Origin: a bacterium
Lineage (GTDB): Bacteria > BMS3Abin14
Direction: 5' to 3'
DNA: 38,788 nt
NCBI GenBank assembly: GCA_041559575.1
Contig: JBFFDD010000003.1
Span: 1 to 38,788 of the forward strand
Within the stretch, counting starts at the first letter, position 1; the number at the start of each line of letters is the position of its first letter. The notes under the pieces are model-generated. The model was given only the letters and a program-made list of their open reading frames with translations. It ran no database searches and had not been told where the DNA came from. Of this stretch, positions 20,100 through 30,257 are shown piece by piece. Position numbers and translations under genes: made by a program.

Positions 20100-22121
20100 C
20101 TATCCTTCCTCCTCCAAAACGAACAGCAGCTGGTTTTCGATCACCGGTTCGTTCAGTCCGATGCAGATCTCGGCGATCCGTCCCCCCATGGGGGCGGCGA
20201 TGATGTTCTCCATCTTCATGGCCTCGATGTTGGCGATCTCCTCACCCTCGTGGACGATGTCCCCCACCGCGATGTCCCCCCGCTTGGGGTTGCCCATCCG
20301 CCACACCGATCCGGTGATGGGCGATCCGACCTCGTTGGGGGCCTTGGCCATGCGGATCTCCGCCTTCACCACCCGCGGCGTCTCCACCGTGAACACCTTG
20401 GCCTGATTGTTGATCCTGAGGACCACCGGGATGTAGCCGTCGTGTTCGTCACCCACCGAGACCCTCTCGATGGTGTGCGGCTTGTCCCTCATCAGGAAGT
20501 CCACGCTGTCGCCGGGGCGGGTGAGCCCGGAGTGCCACACCTCGGTGGGCAGGACTATGGGGGCCTCCCCGTACTCCTCGCGGAACTCGATCATCTCCAC
20601 CGTGTCCTTGGGGTGCATGAGAAAGAGGATGAACTCTTCCTCGGTGGGCTGCCACCCCAGCCTGGCGGCCAGGTCCTCCCTCAGGGCATCGAGATCCTCC
20701 TCCTCGAGGGCGTCGAGGGGCGATTCGTCGGTCCTCCGGGCCAGGTTGTCCTTCCACTGGTCGCCGAAAGCGCTCTGGTAGACCCAGTCCGCCGGCCAGC
20801 CGGCGGGAAGTCTTCCGTATCCTCCCAGGATGAGGTTCTTGAAATCCCCCGGTGCGGTGACGAAGAACTCCATGAGCTCCTCCCTCTCCTCCGGGTCCAG
20901 CCGGTCCAGGTCCTGGTCGACCTCCTCGGTGAATTTCTTCAGCAGGGCGATGAGGCGGTTGACGCCCGTGATGCCGAACTCCTTGGCGTACCGGTTGACG
21001 GTGCCGCTGCAGGTGACCCAGGTCATCTGGCTTCCCGGGGTTACGTCGAAGTAGTGGACGATGCGGTTGTAAAGGGACATCACCTGAAGGATCTGGGGCA
21101 TCAGGTGGAGGAACCCGCCCCTCTCGGCCTGTTCGAAAGAGCTGGGAAAGGCGCCGCCGGGCATCCGGTGCTGGACCACGTTGTGGTCGAACCCCTTGAA
21201 GGGCGACTCGGCCCATCCGTACTGGCGCACCCAGTCCCGGGCCTTCTGGACGGCGGCCTCCGCTTCCGGACGGTTCAGGAGCACCGGTATTCCCGCCTCC
21301 TCGAGGTAGGCGTGGAGGGACAGGATGGGGGCCTGACCGTAGAAACGGGTCAGGGAGTCCTCCTGGGCGTCCAGCAGCTTGGCGCCGGCCTGGGCCGCGG
21401 CCAGCAGGGCGGGGAGGGCGAGGCCGTCGGTGGAGTGGCGGTGGTACTGGACGACCGCCTCCGGGTACTTCTGCAGGATGGCGTCCACCAGTTCCCGGAT
21501 CCTCTCCGGGCTGCCCACCCCGGCCATGTCCTTGATGCACAGGACGACCTCGTCCACGCCGCTGCACAGGTCCACCATGTCGTCGACCACCCCGAGGTAG
21601 TAGTCGTTGGTGGCCCAGTCCGCCTGGGTGAAGGACACGGAGGGCTCGAAGAGCAGGCCCCTCTCCATAACCACCTCGCAGATGGTGCGCATGTTCCGGA
21701 CGTCGTTGAGGAAGGAGAAGCACCGCCAGACGTCGATGTCCACCTTGGACACCACGTATTCGATGACGTTCCTGGGATAGGGCCGGTAGCCCCACAGGCT
21801 GGTCTCCCGGATGAGGGTCTGGAGGAGAACGCCGGGCATCCTCTCGCGGAGGATGGCCGTCTCCTCGAAGGGGCTCTCCCTGCGGTTGAGGATCCCCACG
21901 TGCCAGCGGGCCCCCCCGTGGACCTCGGCCGAGAACAGGTTCATCCGTTCGTAGTGGGGAGCCAGGGTGGCCTGATCGTGGATCCTCAGCCGGTTCTTGT
22001 AGTCCGACTGCCCGGCGTCCCTCATGCCGGTGGAGGTGAGGGCCACCCCGGGCAGGGAGCGGACGGTGTTGACGATCTCGGAGGGGGACATGCCGGGTTT
22101 GAAAACCATCTGATCACTCAT
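20100..22121 (-). CDS. pycB: pyruvate carboxylase-type carboxyltransferase + biotin carrier subunit
   Basis: MRDAGQS, CIKDMAG, HRHSTDG, MPGG, VTPGSQ, C-terminal EAMKMEN biotinylation motif. Confidence 0.85.
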   Translation of the reverse strand: MSDQMVFKPGMSPSEIVNTVRSLPGVALTSTGMRDAGQSDYKNRLRIHDQATLAPHYERMNLFSAEVHGGARWHVGILNRRESPFEETAILRERMPGVLLQTLIRETSLWGYRPYPRNVIEYVVSKVDIDVWRCFSFLNDVRNMRTICEVVMERGLLFEPSVSFTQADWATNDYYLGVVDDMVDLCSGVDEVVLCIKDMAGVGSPERIRELVDAILQKYPEAVVQYHRHSTDGLALPALLAAAQAGAKLLDAQEDSLTRFYGQAPILSLHAYLEEAGIPVLLNRPEAEAAVQKARDWVRQYGWAESPFKGFDHNVVQHRMPGGAFPSSFEQAERGGFLHLMPQILQVMSLYNRIVHYFDVTPGSQMTWVTCSGTVNRYAKEFGITGVNRLIALLKKFTEEVDQDLDRLDPEEREELMEFFVTAPGDFKNLILGGYGRLPAGWPADWVYQSAFGDQWKDNLARRTDESPLDALEEEDLDALREDLAARLGWQPTEEEFILFLMHPKDTVEMIEFREEYGEAPIVLPTEVWHSGLTRPGDSVDFLMRDKPHTIERVSVGDEHDGYIPVVLRINNQAKVFTVETPRVVKAEIRMAKAPNEVGSPITGSVWRMGNPKRGDIAVGDIVHEGEEIANIEAMKMENIIAAPMGGRIAEICIGLNEPVIENQLLFVLEEEG

Positions 22122-22130
22122 CGTGTTTCC

Positions 22131-23585
22131 TCACACCCAGGACCGCGGTCCCAGGGCTGATACCTCCGCCAGGTACTTGGCGACCTTGAGCAGCTCGTCC
22201 TCGGTGCTCGGCTCACGGAAGGCCTGGACGAGGTCCTGGAGGTTGTCGTCGATGAACCGGGTGGAGAAGTCGCCGGCCCGGAAGGCCGGGTGGCGGATGA
22301 TGCTCATGAGCATGGGTTTGAGGGTCTTTACCCCCTCCACCCGCAGGCTGCGCCCGAGGGCCCGGTCCATGACGTTCATGGCATCCTCACGGTTGTGGCC
22401 CGCGCTCATGATGAGCATGAGCAGGGAGTCGTAGTAGGGGGGGACCGAAGCCCCGTGGTACACACCGGTGGCGATCCTCAGATTCGGTCCGTCCGGGGTC
22501 CGCAGCCGGGTGATGGTGCCGAAGGACGGGCCGAAGGTCTCCGGATCCTCGGCGTTGAGCCGCACCTCGATGGCCCACCGGTTGGGTTTGACGTCGTCCT
22601 GGGTGAAGCCCAGGGGTCTGCCCTCGGCCACGTCGAGCATGAGGCTCACCAGATCGTACCCGGTGGTCAGCTCGGTGATGCCGTGCTCCACCTGAAGGCG
22701 GGTGTTGACCTCCAGGAAGTAGTATTTTCCGGCGCTCTGGTCGAAGATGAACTCCACGGTCCCCGCCGAGGTGTAGTCGATCTCTTTCATCAGCGACACC
22801 GCCTTGGCGCAGATCTCCTCCCGGAGGTCCTCGTCCAGGGACGGGGAGGGCGCTTCCTCGACGACCTTCTGGTTGCGCCTCTGGATGGTGCACTCCCTCT
22901 CGTAGAGGTGCACGATGTTCCCATGCTGGTCGCCGAGGATCTGGACCTCGATGTGCCTGGCGTTCTGGATGAACTTCTCCAGGATGAGGCTGCCGCTCCC
23001 GAAGGCCTTCTCGGCTTCGGAGCTGGCCTGGGACAGGGCCTGGTCGAGGTCCTCGGCCCGGTCAACCCGGACGAGCCCCCGGCCCCCGCCCCCGGAGGCG
23101 GCCTTGATCATGATGGGGTAGTCGACCCCCGATTCGGCCATCCAGGCCAGAGCCTCCGCCGAGGCGGTGACGTTCTCCCTGCCCGGGATGGTGGGCACGC
23201 CGGCCTGCTCGGCCACCTGCCTGGCGTGGGCCTTGTCGCCCATGCTGCGGATCACCTCGGGGGAGGGGCCCACCCAGGTGAGGCCGGCATCCAGGACCAT
23301 CTGGGCGAAATCTCCGTTCTCGGCCAGGAATCCCCAGCCGGGATGGATGGCATCGGACCCGGTCTCCCGGGCCGCTCGCAGCACGTTCTCCATGTTCAGG
23401 TAGGATTCGACGGGAGGAGCCTCGCCGATGTGGACCGATTTGTCGGCCATGACCACGTGGTGACCCAGCCTGTCCGGTGTGCTGTAGACGGCCGTGGTGG
23501 GCAGCTTCCGGTCCCGGCAGGTGTGCATGACCCTGACCGCTGAAACGCCCCGGTTGGCCACCAGGAGCCTCTCGATCTTTTTCAT
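22131..23585 (-). CDS. pycA: biotin carboxylase subunit
   Basis: LLVANRG, IHPGWGFLAEN, KAASGGGGRG, RECTIQRRNQKVVEEAP, FLEVNTRLQVEH, PPYYDSL. Confidence 0.9.
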   Translation of the reverse strand: MKKIERLLVANRGVSAVRVMHTCRDRKLPTTAVYSTPDRLGHHVVMADKSVHIGEAPPVESYLNMENVLRAARETGSDAIHPGWGFLAENGDFAQMVLDAGLTWVGPSPEVIRSMGDKAHARQVAEQAGVPTIPGRENVTASAEALAWMAESGVDYPIMIKAASGGGGRGLVRVDRAEDLDQALSQASSEAEKAFGSGSLILEKFIQNARHIEVQILGDQHGNIVHLYERECTIQRRNQKVVEEAPSPSLDEDLREEICAKAVSLMKEIDYTSAGTVEFIFDQSAGKYYFLEVNTRLQVEHGITELTTGYDLVSLMLDVAEGRPLGFTQDDVKPNRWAIEVRLNAEDPETFGPSFGTITRLRTPDGPNLRIATGVYHGASVPPYYDSLLMLIMSAGHNREDAMNVMDRALGRSLRVEGVKTLKPMLMSIIRHPAFRAGDFSTRFIDDNLQDLVQAFREPSTEDELLKVAKYLAEVSALGPRSWV

Positions 23586-24025
23586 ACCGATTACCTCTCC
23601 TCTCCTCTGGCTGGAGAATACCTTTCAGGTGTGGAACGGTTGCAGAATCCCTTACCCGGTTCGGTCGCTTCCCGAAGGGCCGTTCTCTCGATGGAGATAG
23701 TTTTGATGATGCTTCAGGACTAGGATCGTTGCCTGATTTTTCCTGAGAAGCTGAATATACTAGATGTCCCTGTGGCATAAAGCAAGGGCAAAGACGGAGG
23801 TGCTGGAAGGTCCCGGTCACCCCGCTGCCGATTGCGCCGCCGCACGAATAGTGCTAGTTTCCTGTTCCCAGTGTGGGAACCCCGGCAGGTAAAAAGATCG
23901 GTGTATGTCGAGGAAGTCCTCCTCCATGGGGAGGGTGCGGGTGGTTACGCTTTTTCCAAAAACCTGAAATAATATCTCCAGCCGCATCCGCCGTTTACTG
24001 TTATCCTCAGCTGCTGGTCGACATT

Positions 24026-25615
24026 ATGGAAGACAAAGACAGACAAAACATCATCCTGACCGGATTCATGGCCACCGGGAAAACCATCGTCGGCAGAAAC
24101 CTGGCTTCCCAGCTCGGCTATGAATTCATCGATACCGACGAGGTGATCGAGTCACGGATCGGCATGACCATCGCCGAATTTTTCAAGGAAAAGGGCGAGG
24201 CCGCCTTCCGGAAGATGGAGTCGGACCTTGCCCGGGAGCTTGCGGATCGGAGGGGCCTGGTCATTTCAACCGGCGGCCGGTTCATGCTGGACCCGGACAA
24301 TGCCGCCGCACTGGGCAGGACCGGCCGGGTCTTCTGTCTGGTGGCGACCCCGGAGGAGATCCTCGAGCGCGCCGAGGGCGACACCCACGTCCGCCCGCTG
24401 CTTCAGGTGCCCAACCCCCTGGAGAATATCGTCGAGCTGCTGCAGCAGCGAAAGGAGGGTTACGGGCAGTTTCCCCAGCTAGTCACGTCAGAAAAAACCC
24501 CGGAGACCCTCGCCGGGGACCTGGCGGGGGTCATAGCCGGAGGGCCGGACGTCCGTCTCCCCATCGCGGCTCCTTACGAACGCTACGAGTTTATCGTCGG
24601 CGGGGGGCTCCTGCCGTTCCTTTCCCACCTGGCGGCAGTTGACGGCCCCATCGCCATCATAACCGACGACAACGTCGGCCCCCTGTACGCGAAGAGCTGC
24701 GGCTCCGTCGATGTGGTGATCACCACACCGCCGGGCCGGCAGCACAAGACCCTGGCAACCGCCCAGTCCATCTGCGAGCAGTTGATCGACGCGGATTTCG
24801 ACCGCAGCGGTACCATCGTCGCCCTCGGCGGCACGGTGATCAGTGAGCTGGCCGGCTTCATCGCCGCGACCTATATGCGGGGGGTCGACTGTGTGCAGTG
24901 CCCGACCAGCCTGCTGGCCATGGTCGATACCAGCATCGGCGGAAAGACGGGTGTCGATCTGCCCCAGGGCAAGAACCTGATCGGCGCCTTCAAACAGCCG
25001 AAAACGGTGATCGCCGATGTGGCTACCCTGCAGAGCCTTCCCCCCAGGGCGTTCGCGTCCGGCATGGCCGAGGTCATCAAGCACAGCCTCATCGCCGATT
25101 CGGACCTGCTCGGCAAGATCGAATCGGGAAACTGGGTCCGCACCGCCGGGGAGATCCAGCAGCAGGCAGCGGAACTCCAGGCGCTGGTCGCCCAGGCCAT
25201 CCAGGTCAAGATCAACATCGTTCAGGAGGACCCCTTTGACCACGGCCGCAGGGCGGTGCTGAATTTCGGCCACACCTTCGCCAACGCCATCGAACGTCTC
25301 AGCCGTCACAGGGTCAGTCACGGTGAGGCCGTGGCCATGGGCATGGTCGTATCCTCCCATCTCTCCGCGCAACTGGGCTACTGCCCTGGGGAACTTACAG
25401 AGAGGATCGAAGCGGTCCTGACTTCGGCGGGCCTTCCCACCCGGATCCCCGCCGAACTGTCTCCGGACAAACTGCTCGAGGCCATGAGAACAGACAAAAA
25501 GAAGAGGGCTGGAAAGCTGCATTACGTGCTGCTGAAAAATATCGGTGACGTCTTTGTGACCGATCAGGTCCCGGAAGAAAAAGTGCTTTCAACCCTCGCA
25601 GTCCTGAATTCCTGA
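24026..25615 (+). CDS. aroKB: bifunctional shikimate kinase / 3-dehydroquinate synthase-like fusion
   Basis: GFMATGKT P-loop, GEAAFR, STGG, RPLL; then PTSLLAMVDTSIGGKTG, KNLIGAFKQP, GMAEVIK, LNFGHT, HGEAVA. Start set at ATG 24026. Confidence 0.88.
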   Translation: MEDKDRQNIILTGFMATGKTIVGRNLASQLGYEFIDTDEVIESRIGMTIAEFFKEKGEAAFRKMESDLARELADRRGLVISTGGRFMLDPDNAAALGRTGRVFCLVATPEEILERAEGDTHVRPLLQVPNPLENIVELLQQRKEGYGQFPQLVTSEKTPETLAGDLAGVIAGGPDVRLPIAAPYERYEFIVGGGLLPFLSHLAAVDGPIAIITDDNVGPLYAKSCGSVDVVITTPPGRQHKTLATAQSICEQLIDADFDRSGTIVALGGTVISELAGFIAATYMRGVDCVQCPTSLLAMVDTSIGGKTGVDLPQGKNLIGAFKQPKTVIADVATLQSLPPRAFASGMAEVIKHSLIADSDLLGKIESGNWVRTAGEIQQQAAELQALVAQAIQVKINIVQEDPFDHGRRAVLNFGHTFANAIERLSRHRVSHGEAVAMGMVVSSHLSAQLGYCPGELTERIEAVLTSAGLPTRIPAELSPDKLLEAMRTDKKKRAGKLHYVLLKNIGDVFVTDQVPEEKVLSTLAVLNS

Positions 25616-25628
25616 TTTGGGACCTGTC

Positions 25629-26714
25629 GTGGCTTTGAGCGTCGTCAACGTTGAACTGGGTGAACGGTCCTACTCCATCCACATTGGAGGCGGGGCCTGG
25701 GACCTTCTCGAGGAATATCTGCGCGGTTGGAATCCGGCCGGCAGGATCATGATGGTGACGGACGAACGGGTGAACTCCATCTATGGCCGCCGAATCAATC
25801 AGCTGGCAGGTGCCTGCGGGACACCCGCAGCAGTCGTGGCTGTTCCGGAGGGAGAGGGGAGTAAATCCTTCAGTCACCTGGAGGATCTTTGCAGGAAGAT
25901 GGCTGGTGCCGGCCTGGACAGGAACTCCCTGGTTGTTGCCCTGGGAGGCGGGGTAGTGGGGGATCTCGCGGGTTTGGCAGCCTCCATATACCTTCGGGGG
26001 GTGTCCGTCGTTCAGGCCCCGACCACCCTCTTGGCCATGGTGGACAGCAGCACTGGGGGCAAGACCGGGATCAACATCCCGGAGGGGAAGAACCAGGTCG
26101 GCGCCTTTCATCAGCCGGAGGCGGTGTTCGCTGAAATCGACGTTCTGAAGACCCTCGACCCGAGGGACTGGCACTCCGGCATGGCAGAGGTGATCAAGAT
26201 CGCCTTGACCCTCGATCCGGAGCTCTTCGAATACCTTGAGGGGATTCCCGATCTCGGGCCGGGAGGGGACGTGGATATAAGCCGCGTTGTGACATCAGCC
26301 TGTCGGAGAAAGGCTGAGATCATAGAGGCCGACGAGTGGGAGTCGGGGCCCCGCCTGGTTCTCAATTTCGGACACACGCTGGCCCATGCCCTGGAGGCGT
26401 CCACGAGTTACGGGGAGATCCGCCACGGCGAGGCGGTCCTGTTGGGGATGAAGGCCGCCATGGTCCTGTCCAGGAAGGTCTGCGGCCTGCCGGATGACCA
26501 ATTCGAAAGGGCCGTGAGGGTCCTGGACCGCATTCCCGTGCCGCCGGTGAAGCTGGGGGAGGATCTGAACGGCTACATGACCCGGGACAAGAAGCGGTCC
26601 GGTGGGCGGGTTCAATCCGTGCTCCTCGACCGGATCGGCCAGTGCCGCATCGTACCGCTCGACGATCCGGGGGACCTCATAAGATCACTTGAGTCCATTC
26701 AGCCCACGGGTTGA
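25629..26714 (+). CDS. aroB: 3-dehydroquinate synthase
   Basis: GEGSKS, GGGVVGDLAG, PTTLLAMVDSSTGGKTG, KNQVGAFHQP, LNFGHTLAHALE, HGEAV, DKK. Start uncertain (25617 or 25629). Confidence 0.92.
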   Translation: MALSVVNVELGERSYSIHIGGGAWDLLEEYLRGWNPAGRIMMVTDERVNSIYGRRINQLAGACGTPAAVVAVPEGEGSKSFSHLEDLCRKMAGAGLDRNSLVVALGGGVVGDLAGLAASIYLRGVSVVQAPTTLLAMVDSSTGGKTGINIPEGKNQVGAFHQPEAVFAEIDVLKTLDPRDWHSGMAEVIKIALTLDPELFEYLEGIPDLGPGGDVDISRVVTSACRRKAEIIEADEWESGPRLVLNFGHTLAHALEASTSYGEIRHGEAVLLGMKAAMVLSRKVCGLPDDQFERAVRVLDRIPVPPVKLGEDLNGYMTRDKKRSGGRVQSVLLDRIGQCRIVPLDDPGDLIRSLESIQPTG

Positions 26715-26784
26715 AACCCCGGATTCCCCCGGCAATAGGGGCAGAGGCCAATGGCCGCCGCCCCATTCCTGCGCCTCAGGTTTC

Positions 26785-27573
26785 CTAATCCTTCCCCAAC
26801 AGGAATGAGAGTCTGCGGGCCGAGTCCAAAAGCGGCAGGAGGATCTCCTGTCGCTTTTTTGGTGTCAGGCGCTGCGCCGGACCACCGAGGTGGATGGCGT
26901 AGTCCACCCTGGATTCGTGATCAAAGACCGGCGCGGCAAGGGAGACGGCATTTGGCACAACCTCCCCCTCGCTGACAGCGTATCCTTGTCGACGCACCGA
27001 ATCGAGTTCCTGTTCCAGTTCTTTTTTGCCGGTGATGGTTTTCGACGTGTATTTTTTCAGTTCCTGGTCCTTAAGGAACCGGTCCCTTATGTTCTCAGGG
27101 GCCCAGGCGAGGAGCACCTTTCCCGGTGCTCCCGCATACAGCGGCAGAGGCTCTCCCTCGATTACGGAGTACCGGAGGGAAGCCGGCCCCACCCTCTGGT
27201 CGACGCAGAAACGGGTCATCCCCTGTCTCATAAAGATGGCTGCCGATTCCCCCGTAACGGCGACGAGGTCGTCGAGGATGGGGCCGACAGACTTGAGAAG
27301 GCTGTGGGTTCTCTCGTAGATCTTGCCCAGGATCATCACCCTGGGCCCCAGTTCATAGGTGGATCGAGAGGTCTTGATCAGGAAGCCCTGCGCGCAGAGG
27401 GTGCCGCAAAGCCTCATGATGCGGCTTTTGTACATTCCGGTTTTTTCGTTCAGTTCCTTGAGGGACAGCTCCGGTTCGGTGGTGGAAAAACAGTTCAGGA
27501 TGGTCAAGGCCTTTGAGACGGTTTCGACCTGGCGCTCCGATTCCCTCACCTTCTTTTCCCCTGTCTCCGTCAC
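26785..27573 (-). CDS. IclR family transcriptional regulator
   Basis: VSKALTILNCF..., YELGP, TGESA, GAPGKVLLA, RRQGYAVS, LAAPVFD. Confidence 0.93.
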   Translation of the reverse strand: MTETGEKKVRESERQVETVSKALTILNCFSTTEPELSLKELNEKTGMYKSRIMRLCGTLCAQGFLIKTSRSTYELGPRVMILGKIYERTHSLLKSVGPILDDLVAVTGESAAIFMRQGMTRFCVDQRVGPASLRYSVIEGEPLPLYAGAPGKVLLAWAPENIRDRFLKDQELKKYTSKTITGKKELEQELDSVRRQGYAVSEGEVVPNAVSLAAPVFDHESRVDYAIHLGGPAQRLTPKKRQEILLPLLDSARRLSFLLGKD

Positions 27574-28499
27574 GCTGTTACCCTCTTGATGATCCGTTTC
27601 ATCCGTCCCGGCAGGGCGCGCCCCAGCTTCTCCTCAAGGAAGGCCACCACCTCGCAGACACCCTCCATATCGATGCCGGTGGCGATGCCCATGGATTCGA
27701 ACATGTTGACGGCGTCCTCGGTGGCCACATTTCCCGACGCGCCTTCGACAAAGGGACAACCACCCAGTCCTCCCGCCGCGGTGTCGAAGATCCGGACACC
27801 CGCTTCGTACCCGGCCACCATGTTGGCAAGGCCCAGGCCAGCCGTGTCGTGCAGGTGCAGTGACAGGCGGACACCGGGCAGCATCCTGATCGCCTTTCCG
27901 GCCAGGTCCTTCACGGAGTAGGGGTTGGCCATCCCTGTGGTATCGGCCAGGTTGACTTCGGAAGCTCCCGCCTCGGCCATCCTGGTAATGCCGTCGAGGA
28001 CCCTGTCAGGGTCCACGGTACCCTCGTAAACGCAGCCGAAGCTGCACTGGAAACCGGCCCTGACATGGATCCCTGCCCTCGCGGCCCGCTCTATCAGGCC
28101 CGTCATGGAATCCAGGGCCTCGGCAGCAGGTTTTCCGGCGTTTTTCCGGCTGTGGGTGTCGCTGGCGGACACGGACATGCTGAGGTGACGCACTCCGCAG
28201 GCAAGGGCCCGGTCAAGCCCCTTTTCATTCAGGACCAGGGCCGAAACCACCGTCCTTTCCGGGGTCCCGATGGTCCGGACAAGCTCGTCGGTGTCTGCCA
28301 TCTGGGGGACGATCCCGGAATGGACGAAGGAGCCCACCTGGATCCGGCCGATTCCCGCCTTCTCGAGCATTCGGAAGATCAAGAGCTTCTCCTCGAGGCT
28401 GAAGATGCGTGATTCCATCTGGAGCCCGTCCCGCAGCGCCTCGTCCTCGAGAAGCATTTTGTCGGAACCGACAGCCTTTTTTTCACCACCGGCTGGCAT
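27570..28499 (-). CDS. hydroxymethylglutaryl-CoA lyase family protein
   Basis: LRDGLQME, LADTTGMANP, LHLHDTAG, GLGGCPF..GASGNVATED. Confidence 0.9.
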   Translation of the reverse strand: MPAGGEKKAVGSDKMLLEDEALRDGLQMESRIFSLEEKLLIFRMLEKAGIGRIQVGSFVHSGIVPQMADTDELVRTIGTPERTVVSALVLNEKGLDRALACGVRHLSMSVSASDTHSRKNAGKPAAEALDSMTGLIERAARAGIHVRAGFQCSFGCVYEGTVDPDRVLDGITRMAEAGASEVNLADTTGMANPYSVKDLAGKAIRMLPGVRLSLHLHDTAGLGLANMVAGYEAGVRIFDTAAGGLGGCPFVEGASGNVATEDAVNMFESMGIATGIDMEGVCEVVAFLEEKLGRALPGRMKRIIKRVTA

Positions 28500-28511
28500 C
28501 TCCGTTATTCC

Positions 28512-29495
28512 TCAGAGGGAGACCAGCACCTTGATGCGGTCCGGTGCATGGAAGTCCCTTATGGCTCCATCGAGGTCTTCAAGCCCTATCACATTGGAAA
28601 TCAGGGCAGTGGGATCGATCCGTCCTCTTTCGAGGAGCTCGAGAACCCCGGGGAATTCTGTGGTGTAGATCATGGACCCTGTGATGGAAAGCTCCTTGCG
28701 CACGATCTGGGTGGTGGAGACCGGATGTTCCTGCCCCGGCAGTCCCAGAAGAACAACCCGTCCTCCGGGTGCCGCCAATCCAACGGCGTCCGCGAGGGCA
28801 GATGGCGCCCCGCTGGTCTCGTAGATCAGATCGAAGGAGGATGGTTCCAGTTTCTCCTTTCCCCCGACCTTGGAAGTATGGTCGGCGCCCAATTTCCCGG
28901 CCAGTGACAGGTGCTCGGCCAGGAGATCGGATACGGTGAGGTCCGCCCCTTCCAGCTTGGCCAGCAGCAGCGTAAGAAGGCCGATGACCCCGGCACCGAT
29001 GATCAGCACACGGTCACCCTTGGCGGGCGGCAGGAGTTTCAGGGCGTGAGCGGCAACCGCCAAAGGCTCCGTCAGCACGGCGGTCCTGTCGTCGACACCT
29101 TCCGGTACCGGCCAGGCATACCTGGCCGGTACCTTGACGTACTGGGCGAACACGCCGTTGGTGTCGATACCGAGGCGCACCTTTCCATGACAGATGTTGT
29201 CATGCCCCGAATTGCACAGTTCGCAGTTCCAGCAGGCGAAGTTGGGCTGGATGACGACCCTCTGCCCCACAGTCACATTGGATACTCCCGGGCCGACTTC
29301 CCTGACGATCCCCAGCCCCTCGTGACCTGGTACCACGGGCAGGGGCACGCCGAACTTTCCGTGGTAAAGGGAATAGTCGGATCCGCAGACACCGGCCAGG
29401 GTCACGGCTATGACGACCTCCCCTGTCCCCGGTTCCGGATCAGGGATCTGGTCAACAGTCAGGTCGGCTGTATTGTTCAGCACTGCTGCTATCAT
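28512..29495 (-). CDS. zinc-dependent (MDR) alcohol/polyol dehydrogenase
   Basis: GVCGSD, GHEG, CWNCELCNSGHDNIC, EPLA, GAGVIG. Confidence 0.92.
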   Translation of the reverse strand: MIAAVLNNTADLTVDQIPDPEPGTGEVVIAVTLAGVCGSDYSLYHGKFGVPLPVVPGHEGLGIVREVGPGVSNVTVGQRVVIQPNFACWNCELCNSGHDNICHGKVRLGIDTNGVFAQYVKVPARYAWPVPEGVDDRTAVLTEPLAVAAHALKLLPPAKGDRVLIIGAGVIGLLTLLLAKLEGADLTVSDLLAEHLSLAGKLGADHTSKVGGKEKLEPSSFDLIYETSGAPSALADAVGLAAPGGRVVLLGLPGQEHPVSTTQIVRKELSITGSMIYTTEFPGVLELLERGRIDPTALISNVIGLEDLDGAIRDFHAPDRIKVLVSL

Positions 29496-29926
29496 AGTGG
29501 TTCCTCCGTGAAGCTTGTTTTGGCTGATTTCGGGTGAAACCCTTCCGAATATAACCAGGGATATATTGACTGAAGTTGTGGAGGCAATCGTGCCGGGGGC
29601 ATTTTCCGCTTTTACCCTCGCCGGGCAGGCTGCGCGGCCGGTGGAGATGTCCCGACCTTCTGGTGGCCGCGGTCATCAGCCGGTTGAACGTCGGCAGGTT
29701 ATCCACCGGACCCTCATTATAATTAAAAGTATCACGTTCTTTACAGTAGGACAACAAGGCCTTCCTGAAATATGGTATCCTTTTCGATATATCCGGTTTG
29801 CCGGTTGCGAAGGCCACCGGCCGGGCCGGTGACGCCCGGGCTAAAACCGGCTTTTCGGGCCGTCAAAGTCGGTGGCCTGTCTGCTTTGCACGTCCGGAGG
29901 CTCCAGGGGGGGAAGGAAAAAAACGT

Positions 29927-29955
29927 TTGACAAGACCATCAGGGCCTCTTATCCT
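29927..29955 (+). promoter_or_regulatory. sigma70-like promoter for the TRAP operon
   Basis: TTGACA (29927-29932), 17-nt spacer, TATCCT (29950-29955). Confidence 0.6.
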
Positions 29956-29969
29956 AATATTAGTAATTC

Positions 29970-29988
29970 TATTCTACTAGATAGGATA
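29970..29988. promoter_or_regulatory. candidate IclR operator
   Basis: TATTCTA-CTAGA-TAGGATA imperfect palindrome just downstream of the -10; TAGGATA/TATCCTA half-sites recur at 36321-36340. Confidence 0.55.
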
Positions 29989-30257
29989 TTGATCTCGACA
30001 ACCATAGGATAAAGGGCAGATCCATTCAAGGCCCGCCCCGGTTGGAACCAGGGTCCTTGGGCATCGGCTCCTCCCGGGTTGGCTCATCGCTGCCGTCCAG
30101 GGTTTGTCTCCCCGGGATGAAGCACTGTGGATCCGTGTTTATACAGGTCCGGACGGCCGAGTCCCGGAAGGACCCTGGAAGGGGCTGGGAACCGGCGGGG
30201 AGGGCCGGTGCCACCCCACCCTCTGGATACAACGCATGTTAGGAAAAGGAGGATGAG

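Noticed and set aside
20250-23543. Plus-strand ORFs of 636 and 417 aa
   Set aside because: Antisense shadows of the carboxylase genes.
23590-24020. Possible glycine or c-di-GMP riboswitch fragments (CTGGAGA...CTTTCAGG; GGGCAAA) between pycA and aroKB
   Set aside because: Core elements (CCGAAG segment; GAAA-capped P2 and GACGCAAA) are missing.
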